Assembly: GCA_038833255.1 (NCBI GenBank)
Contig: JAWBIX010000023.1
Coordinates: forward strand, 1-6,327
Length of the DNA stretch: 6,327 nucleotides
Origin: Nanopusillaceae archaeon
Lineage (GTDB): Archaea > Nanobdellota > Nanobdellia > Nanobdellales > Nanobdellaceae
Direction of reading: 5' to 3'
Positions 1 to 4,777 of the stretch are shown piece after piece. The translations under genes and the position numbers were made by a program. Position 1 is the stretch's first letter, and each line of letters begins with the position of its first letter. Below the pieces are notes generated by a model. It did not search any database and was not told the DNA's origin. It saw only the letters and a program-made list of their open reading frames with translations.

Positions 1-1
1 T

Positions 2-148
2 AAAATAGATAAATTTATAGAAATATTCGTCAAATGTCCTGTTTGTAAAAAATTAGATACACAAATAATAAAATTAGATAGAAATCTAATTCTAAAATGT
101 GAAGCATGTGGCGCAGAATCTTCCATCGTTTACAATATTAAGAAGTGA
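2..148 (+). CDS. eif2b: Translation initiation factor aIF-2 beta subunit, C-terminal fragment (5' end lies outside the window)
   Basis: Frame 2 is open from the window edge and reads KIDKFIEIFVKCPVCKKLDTQIIKLDRNLILKCEACGAESSIVYNIKK, ending at TGA 146..148. The CPVC...(P/L)DT...LKCEACGA pattern is the C-terminal CxxC-x17-CxxC zinc ribbon of the aIF-2 beta/eIF2 beta family. The ORF track misses it because it has no start codon in the window. Confidence 0.8.
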   Translation, partial: KIDKFIEIFVKCPVCKKLDTQIIKLDRNLILKCEACGAESSIVYNIKK

Positions 149-441
149 TTCTCTTGAAAATTATAAATTCCCCGCAAGGAAATATAGTTATTTTATGTGA
201 TGAAGATCTATATGGTAAAGAATTTATTAATGGAGATAAAATCTTAAAAATAACTTCATTTTATAAAGGAGAGTCTGTAAAGGGCGTTGATAAGAGTATT
301 TTAGAAAAAGCAAATATAATAAATGCTATAGGAAAAAAATCTATAGAAATTTTAATAAAAAATGAAATAATTTCTAAAGACGAATTAAAAGAAATAAAAT
401 ATATAAAGGATATTCCATATATCTTTATAGTAAAAGAATGA
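145..441 (+). CDS. Conserved archaeal protein of unknown function, DUF424-like
   Basis: 98-aa ORF with a GTG start at 145..147 that overlaps the aIF-2 beta stop (aaGTGA). Motifs LCDEDLYGKEF, SFYKGE, ANIINAIGKKSIE and IKDIPY match my recollection of the roughly 100-aa DUF424 family, which is commonly adjacent to aIF-2 beta in archaea. Confidence 0.72.
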   Translation: MILLKIINSPQGNIVILCDEDLYGKEFINGDKILKITSFYKGESVKGVDKSILEKANIINAIGKKSIEILIKNEIISKDELKEIKYIKDIPYIFIVKE

Positions 442-959
442 CTTACAAAAGATTTTGTGCTAATTGTGGAAAAGAAGCTGAAAAATTAATAGAAAATTTA
501 TGCGAATCCTGTTATAATAATTTAAAAAATATTAAAAAGCCGATAAGGAAAATAAAAGTTTGTAAATATTGTAAAAAAATTTTTTATAAAAATAAAATAA
601 TAGAAAAAGAAAAATTGAATGGATTTGAAATAAAAGAATATTATTTTATATGTGAAAACTGTAAAAAAATGCATAGTAAAAGATATAACACTATTATACA
701 AATAAGAAATTTATCTGAAAAAGAAATTACAATGTTTTTAGAATTTTTTAATAAAGAAAATATTGTAATAAAAAAGTATGATAAATTAAATGATACTTCT
801 TTAGATTTATATGTTTTTTTAGAAAGAAAAATGTTAAAAAAGCTTGTAAAATTTATAAAAAAGGGGAATTTTAATATGAAAATAACTAGAAAGTTAAAAG
901 CATATGATGCTCAACATAGTAAAAAAATATATACCTTAACTTTACTTATACAAAAATAA
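438..959 (+). CDS. NMD3-like zinc-binding protein (short form: N-terminal NMD3 domain only)
   Basis: 173-aa ORF whose ATG overlaps the DUF424 stop (ATGA at 438..441). It has four CxxC pairs (CANC, CESC, CKYC, CENC). The last is followed by KRYNTIIQIRN, resembling the NMD3 signature CxxC-x(5-7)-Y-x-A-I/V-I/L-Q-L/V-R. Confidence 0.62.
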   Translation: MTYKRFCANCGKEAEKLIENLCESCYNNLKNIKKPIRKIKVCKYCKKIFYKNKIIEKEKLNGFEIKEYYFICENCKKMHSKRYNTIIQIRNLSEKEITMFLEFFNKENIVIKKYDKLNDTSLDLYVFLERKMLKKLVKFIKKGNFNMKITRKLKAYDAQHSKKIYTLTLLIQK

Positions 960-990
960 GCTAAATTTTTTAACCCTTTCGATATATAAT

Positions 991-1131
991 ATGGCTATGA
1001 AAGTTTACTTTGCTAAGATAGACGAAGAAGAAGAAGAAGAGGATTGGGAAGAGGAGTGGGAAGAGGAAGAATGGGGCGATGAAGAGTGGGAAGAGGATTG
1101 GGAGGAAGAGTGGGAAGAGGAAGAGGAATAA
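991..1131 (+). CDS. Candidate microprotein, 46 aa, hyper-acidic Trp/Glu repeat (MAMKVYFAKIDEEEEEEDWEEEWEEEEWGDEEWEEDWEEEWEEEEE)
   Basis: Hand translation gives ATG 991..993 and TAA 1129..1131, below the ORF-track length cutoff. It occupies the only large unassigned gap (960..1178); the other spacers are 51 nt or less. It is on the same strand as its flanking genes. An A/T-rich TATA-like stretch (aaatttttta, 963..972) lies about 20-28 nt upstream of the ATG, compatible with a leaderless mRNA. A hairpin plus T-run follows the stop. G+C is well above the surroundings, driven by TGG and GAG codons. Confidence 0.5.
   Translation: MAMKVYFAKIDEEEEEEDWEEEWEEEEWGDEEWEEDWEEEWEEEEE
1021..1128 (+). repeat. 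Purine-rich imperfect tandem repeat with 12/15-nt period (units like gAGTGGGAAGAGGA / gATTGGGAAGAGGA)
   Basis: gagtgggaagagga occurs exactly at 1054..1067, 1084..1097 and 1108..1121. Variants are gattgggaagagga at 1042..1055, gattgggaggaaga at 1096..1109 and a degenerate unit near 1069. Unit spacing is 12, 15, 15, 12, 12 nt. The + strand is almost entirely G/A. Six GGG(G) tracts lie at 1046, 1058, 1073, 1088, 1100 and 1112. Confidence 0.85.
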
Positions 1132-1163
1132 AATAAATAGGAATTTCCTCTTTCTTTTTTTAT
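1115..1163 (+). terminator. Possible stem-loop plus oligo-T terminator after the acidic micro-ORF
   Basis: aagaggaagaggaa (1115..1128) pairs with ttcctctttctttt (1145..1158), giving 14 bp including two G-U wobbles and a 16-nt loop. The 3' arm runs into a T7 run at 1155..1161. Oligo-T is the usual archaeal termination signal. Only 17 nt remain before the aIF-1A ATG, so read-through or co-transcription is equally possible. Confidence 0.35.
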
Positions 1164-1178
1164 GTTATTAAAACATTA

Positions 1179-1469
1179 ATGGGTGAAGAGGAAAAAATTT
1201 TAATACCTAAAGGAAAACAGGTTATTGGAATCATTGAAGAAGTTGTTGGATGGGCACATGCTAGAGTTAGATGTTTTGATGGAAAAGTAAGAATTTGTAG
1301 AGTCCCAAAAAAACTATCTGGAAGGGTTTGGTTAGTTAAAGGAGCATATGTTTTAGTAGATCCTTGGGAAATAGAAGGAGATAGAAAAGGAGATATTTTA
1401 TATACTTATTCTTCTACTGAAATTGAATGGTTAAAGAGAAAAGGATATATTAAAATTGAAGAAATATAA
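1179..1469 (+). CDS. eif1a: Translation initiation factor aIF-1A (S1/OB fold)
   Basis: 96-aa ORF. GIIEEVVGWAHARVRCFDGKVRICRVPKKLSGRVWLVKGAYVLVDPWE...GDILYTYSSTEIEWLKRKGYI matches the aIF-1A/eIF1A core (vRC.DG..R...IpGK...RiWi..GD.VLV.PW......K.DI...Y....v.wL...GYL). Confidence 0.9.
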   Translation: MGEEEKILIPKGKQVIGIIEEVVGWAHARVRCFDGKVRICRVPKKLSGRVWLVKGAYVLVDPWEIEGDRKGDILYTYSSTEIEWLKRKGYIKIEEI

Positions 1470-1478
1470 TAAAATTAT

Positions 1479-1551
1479 GGGCCCGTAGTCTAGCCAGGCA
1501 GGATGTTGGGCTCCAGACCCAATGACCGGGGTTCAAATCCCCGCGGGCCCA
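1479..1551 (+). tRNA. trnW: tRNA-Trp (anticodon CCA), intron-less, CCA end not encoded
   Basis: Hand-folded cloverleaf. The acceptor stem GGGCCCG/CGGGCCC (1479..1485 with 1544..1550) is followed by discriminator A1551. U8, A14, G18G19 and A21 are present. The D stem is GUCU/GGAU. The anticodon stem is UUGGG/CCCAA with loop CU-CCA-GA (anticodon 1513..1515). The variable loop is 4 nt. The T arm is CGGGG-UUCAAAU-CCCCG. About two thirds of the bases are G+C by hand count, against a very AT-rich background. Confidence 0.93.
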
Positions 1552-1573
1552 TAAAAAACTTGTAAAAATTAAT

Positions 1574-1861
1574 TTATCTTAAATGTGCTGGATGAACTAT
1601 AATTATTTTCTCTTTATTTTTATCTTTTACTAAAACTTCATAACAATCTCCCCTTCTATTAATTACTCTTCCTGTCAATCCATGAAATTTTGGATGTGGC
1701 ATACCTTTATGATATGAGGGATCTATCACAATAGAAACTATGTCTCCTACGTTAAACTCTCTTAATATATTTCTTATTTTAATTTTTCCTCTATCTCTAA
1801 TATTTTTTGATAATTTATCTCTACTTTTTCTTCTAGAACCCTTGCCCTTTCTATCAACCAT
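1574..1861 (-). CDS. rpl21e: 50S ribosomal protein L21e
   Basis: 95-aa ORF. SRRKSRDKLSK..RDRGKI.I...L.EF..GD.V.I.IDPS.HKGMPH.KFHG.TG.V...RG..Y.V.V.D....K..IV.P.HL is the canonical L21e pattern. Confidence 0.92.
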   Translation of the reverse strand: MVDRKGKGSRRKSRDKLSKNIRDRGKIKIRNILREFNVGDIVSIVIDPSYHKGMPHPKFHGLTGRVINRRGDCYEVLVKDKNKEKIIIVHPAHLR

Positions 1862-1912
1862 AAGTATAACTTCTATAAATACTTTTTTATTTTTTTGTTA
1901 AGATATAAGAAA
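1862..1912. promoter_or_regulatory. Putative shared divergent promoter region between rpl21e (-) and rpoF (+)
   Basis: 51-nt A/T-only-like spacer containing ctataaatac (1872..1881) and a T-rich run (1884..1896). The TATA-like element lies about 32-39 nt upstream of the rpoF ATG at 1913. On the other strand A/T-rich sequence lies about 13-35 nt upstream of the rpl21e ATG. No experimental support; assignment is by position only. Confidence 0.3.
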
Positions 1913-2230
1913 ATGAATATATTAGAAATGAAGCCTATCCTTCCTGGAGAAGTTATGAAACTTTTAGAAGAATATGAAAAAGAAAGAGATTTAACTTATA
2001 TAGAAGATCGTTTATTAAAATTTTTGAAAAATACAAGAAATATAGATTATGAAAATGAAAAAAGACTTTACGAAGAATTAAAATCTGTTAATATTCCTGA
2101 AGATATAAGAATAAAAATTGTTGAAATGTTACCAAAAAATGAAGAAGAACTAAAAACAATTTTATATACTTACACTTTATCAAGAAATGAAATAGAAAAA
2201 ATTTTATCCATAGTCAAAAAATATATTTAA
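1913..2230 (+). CDS. rpoF: DNA-directed RNA polymerase subunit F (Rpo4)
   Basis: The pattern ...P.EV.KLLEE...L.Y...RLLKFL......D.E....LYEELK...I.EDIR.KIV.MLP....ELK.IL......LS..EIEKIL.IVKKYI parallels archaeal RpoF (compare Sulfolobus ...VAKKLL...TYDYLNSV...VIEEL...REDVRAILASICP...EVRSIL...TSEDIQKIIDIIRKYI, from memory). The track starts at TTG 1895. I prefer ATG 1913 (MNILEMKP...), giving 105 aa. Adjacency to L21e and DUF655 is the conserved archaeal neighbourhood. Confidence 0.85.
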   Translation: MNILEMKPILPGEVMKLLEEYEKERDLTYIEDRLLKFLKNTRNIDYENEKRLYEELKSVNIPEDIRIKIVEMLPKNEEELKTILYTYTLSRNEIEKILSIVKKYI

Positions 2231-2246
2231 TAAAAAATAAAAAATA

Positions 2247-2792
2247 ATGAATCAAAAAAAGAAAGAGAATTTTGCAATAATATTAGATTTTCTTCCTCTT
2301 GGAGATCAATCTAAAGGAATCTCAGAGCCTACTGCTTATGCTATAGGTGTAGATTATTTTACTCTTCTTTTATTAATAACAAAACCTGGTATAAAGGTAG
2401 AGGTTTTTGAAGAAGTATATATAGGGGAAGGAAAGAGGGATAAAATAAAATCTGTATTAAAAAAAATATCTGTAAATGATTTATCTCTACTTGCTAAAGA
2501 AAATTTAGAAAAAGCTATAATAAAAATAATAGAAAAAAAGGAATCAAAATTTGTCGAATTTTTTAATAAAGCTGGTCCATTAAATTTAAAAGTTCATTCT
2601 TTAGAGCTAATTCCTGGAATTGGAAAAATAATATTAAATAGAATTTTAGAAGAAAGAGAAAAAGAGCCATTTAAATCTTTTTCAGATATAGAAAATAGAA
2701 TAAAAGGACTTAAAAATATAAAGTTATTATTATGTAGAAGAATTATTGATGAATTATATGGAAATGAAAAAATAAAGCTATTTACAATTTAA
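2247..2792 (+). CDS. DUF655-family protein with OB-like N-terminus and helix-hairpin-helix motif; function unknown
   Basis: 181-aa ORF, 16 nt downstream of rpoF. Matching segments are AIILDFLPLG, AYAIGVDYFTLLLL..KPG, VYIGEGKRDKI, FVEFFNKAGPLNLKVHSLELIPGIGKIILNRILEEREKEPFKSFSDIENRI and KLFT. These match the DUF655 family (YvLDyLP.G; FtLLEv.pk; vYIG.g.RdKI; FV.FFN.A.PiT.rlH.LELLPGIGKK....IleER...PF.SFeDI..RV). It is classically linked to rpoF. Confidence 0.85.
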   Translation: MNQKKKENFAIILDFLPLGDQSKGISEPTAYAIGVDYFTLLLLITKPGIKVEVFEEVYIGEGKRDKIKSVLKKISVNDLSLLAKENLEKAIIKIIEKKESKFVEFFNKAGPLNLKVHSLELIPGIGKIILNRILEEREKEPFKSFSDIENRIKGLKNIKLLLCRRIIDELYGNEKIKLFTI

Positions 2793-3048
2793 AGTTATTT
2801 AATTTTGCTATTAATTTAATTAATTTTTCTTTTTTTGTAAGATCTATTCCATTTTCTTCTTTTATTTTTATAATCAATAGTTTTTTAATAAATTTTTTTC
2901 TTTTTCTAATATCTTTTGGTATATTTCTAAGATGGGATTTATTTAAATGTTTTGTATACTTTTTATTGTTTGGAAATATATGCCCACATAATGGACAAAT
3001 ATAAACTTCTCTATTACATCTATTAATTTTTTTTATGCTACCTATCAT
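2782..3048 (-). CDS. Small basic protein (88 aa) with a single classical C2H2 zinc finger
   Basis: ICPLCGHIFPNNKKYTKHLNKSH fits C-x2-C-x3-F-x5-(aromatic/hydrophobic)-x2-H-x4-H. The rest is Lys/Ile-rich (KRKKFIKKLLIIKIKEE...KKEKLIKLIAKL), probably helical and basic. It lies 33 nt downstream of, and co-directional with, fibrillarin. Its 3' end overlaps the convergent DUF655 gene by 11 nt. Confidence 0.65.
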   Translation of the reverse strand: MIGSIKKINRCNREVYICPLCGHIFPNNKKYTKHLNKSHLRNIPKDIRKRKKFIKKLLIIKIKEENGIDLTKKEKLIKLIAKLNNFKL

Positions 3049-3081
3049 TATAATTTCAAATCTTAGATAAAAATAAAAATT

Positions 3082-3750
3082 TTATTTTTGTAACAAAAAC
3101 ATCATATGTTCTTTATGAAATGGTTCTAATCTAACTTTATTAATTATTTTTATTCCGTATTCTAATAATTCCTTAGTGACTTCTTCAAATATTATTTTTG
3201 ATTCTTTTCTAACATCTATAGATTTTGCTTTAACTGCATAAAATGCATATCCTTTACTTTTTAAAAACAAATCTATATTATCTACAAGTATCTTTGTTTG
3301 ATGGGGTTGGGCTATATCTTGATATAAAACATCTACTTTAGAAACTAAATGAATGTAATTATATGGTTTTGCTGCATCTGCCAATATAGGAACAATGTTT
3401 TTTCTATCCTTAACTACTTTCATAAGCTCAATTAGAATTCTTGCCGAAATATCTATACCATATATTATCCCTTTCCATCCAATAATATCTGAAATATGCG
3501 AAGCTGTTGTTCCGGATGCAATACCTAAATATAAGACTTTATCTCCTTCCTTTATAGGAACTTCTCCAATATTTTTCTTTATTGCTGCAGCTAATTTTGA
3601 TCTATTTGCTATCCACTCTCTATACTCCTCTCCCTTATATTTTATTAATTTCTCTCCATATACTCTTTGTCCTATTACAAGATTTTTAGTATACAAAGTT
3701 CCTTTTTTATCAATATATATTCTAGGATTTTCTTTTAACGGTTTTATCAT
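3082..3750 (-). CDS. flpA: Fibrillarin-like rRNA/tRNA 2'-O-methyltransferase (box C/D sRNP catalytic subunit)
   Basis: 222-aa ORF with hallmark motifs YREW.A.RSKLAAAI, VLYLGIASGTTASHISDI, IYGIDIS.R, RKNIVPILADA..P, VDVLYQDIAQP.Q, AVKAKSIDV and LEPFHKEH. The start overlaps the nop5 stop (ATGA at 3747..3750). Confidence 0.97.
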   Translation of the reverse strand: MIKPLKENPRIYIDKKGTLYTKNLVIGQRVYGEKLIKYKGEEYREWIANRSKLAAAIKKNIGEVPIKEGDKVLYLGIASGTTASHISDIIGWKGIIYGIDISARILIELMKVVKDRKNIVPILADAAKPYNYIHLVSKVDVLYQDIAQPHQTKILVDNIDLFLKSKGYAFYAVKAKSIDVRKESKIIFEEVTKELLEYGIKIINKVRLEPFHKEHMMFLLQK

Positions 3751-4748
3751 TCTTTCTTTTTAGATTTTAATTCATTAAATCTTTCCTCTAGATCTTTCAT
3801 CAATTCTTCATAAATTTTTTTATCTTTTGTAAAAGCATCTACTTTAGCAGCAATAGCTATTTTAGCTGCTAGAGTTCTTGCCATTGCACCTCTAAATTTT
3901 TTAGGCAATCTTTGTATATATGGATGATTAAATATAACGCCATGTTTTGGTGGTGGGGTTTTTTTTGTTAAATGCTTAAATAATGCTTTTTCTGCACCTA
4001 AAACTTGGATTGTTGACGCTGGTAACATAGCTAACTCTTTTAATCCCCCAGCAAGAGCTATTAATCTTGCACCAATTGTTGGAGTAGCAATTTTTGATAA
4101 ATTTGGACAAACTTCATCCATTAAATCCTCTATATAACTTTTTAAAGAATCTCTAAGTTTGTATAATTTTATTATTTCCTCTGCTATTTTGTTTATTTGT
4201 TCTATATCCTTTTCTTCAAAATCTCCTCCCATTGTTTTTTCTATTTTATATTCTTTCATTAATTCCTCTCTCTTTTTATTATAAACTATTTTTAAGAATT
4301 TTTCATGATCCTCTATCATTTGAGATAATTCTGGAAAATATAAGTTATATATTTCTCTAAATCTCTCTACTAACAAATTAATTATCTTATTTAAATCGTC
4401 TAAAAGCATAATTGCCTGTATTATAATACTGTCCCTAGTAATTGCTTTTGAAATAAGTTCTTTAGTCAAAAGATATATCTTCTCCTGATCTATTTTCTTT
4501 TCTTCTTCAGATATTATTTCCATCGCTTTTCTTAATTTTTCTTTATCCCATTCAACTTTATAATTTTCAATTTCTTGACCTAAAAAAATATAATCTTCTT
4601 TTATATATTTTTTAACTCTCTCTGGTAATCTTCCAGATGATAATTCTTTTAATTCTGCATCATTTAATTCTAATTCTATAAATTGTTCTTTTTCTATTTT
4701 TTCATTAAAAATATATATTCCGTTATGTCTAACAATAACATACTTCAT
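3747..4748 (-). CDS. nop5: Nop5 (Nop56/58 homologue), box C/D sRNP scaffold protein
   Basis: 333-aa ORF. The Nop domain reads NLSKIATPTIGARLIALAGGLKELAMLPASTIQVLGAEKALFKHL....PPKHGVIFNHPYI...P...RGAMARTLAAKIAIAAKVDAF. A central coiled-coil-like region and a short KSKKKE tail are present. The conserved nop5-flpA gene pair is translationally coupled here. Confidence 0.95.
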   Translation of the reverse strand: MKYVIVRHNGIYIFNEKIEKEQFIELELNDAELKELSSGRLPERVKKYIKEDYIFLGQEIENYKVEWDKEKLRKAMEIISEEEKKIDQEKIYLLTKELISKAITRDSIIIQAIMLLDDLNKIINLLVERFREIYNLYFPELSQMIEDHEKFLKIVYNKKREELMKEYKIEKTMGGDFEEKDIEQINKIAEEIIKLYKLRDSLKSYIEDLMDEVCPNLSKIATPTIGARLIALAGGLKELAMLPASTIQVLGAEKALFKHLTKKTPPPKHGVIFNHPYIQRLPKKFRGAMARTLAAKIAIAAKVDAFTKDKKIYEELMKDLEERFNELKSKKKE

Positions 4749-4777
4749 AAAAAATATTTATTGAAAAAATAAATAAA

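Noticed and set aside
197-203. GTGATGA box C-like motif on the + strand
   Set aside because: It lies inside the DUF424 coding frame (codons for CDED). No CUGA box D lies at the expected 40-60 nt downstream, and there are no terminal complementary ends.
964-1164. Open - strand frame across the repeat encoding a Phe/Leu/Pro-rich hydrophobic peptide
   Set aside because: I found no ATG/GTG/TTG start between the upstream stop (complement of 1165..1167) and the repeat. It is the compositional mirror image of the purine tract.
1022-1171. Alternative sense frames of the purine repeat encoding poly-basic K/R/G peptides (for example ATG 1079 to TAA 1169..1171, 30 aa)
   Set aside because: They are open only because the tract lacks T. 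One frame is closed upstream by TAG 1019..1021 and has only an internal ATG. The other ends at TGA within the tract. The acidic frame alone has an ATG ahead of the repeat and spans the whole of it. They are kept as a caveat, not as features.
1895-1912. TTG start for rpoF given in the ORF track
   Set aside because: An in-frame ATG at 1913 gives an N-terminus that aligns better with known RpoF proteins. It also leaves room for a promoter. The TTG extension (LRYKK) is probably untranslated, though this is not excluded.
3395-3763. 122-aa + strand ORF from the supplied track
   Set aside because: It is entirely antisense to the fibrillarin gene, whose motifs are unmistakable. The product is low-complexity, Phe/Ile/Ser-rich, typical of the shadow frame of an AT-rich gene.
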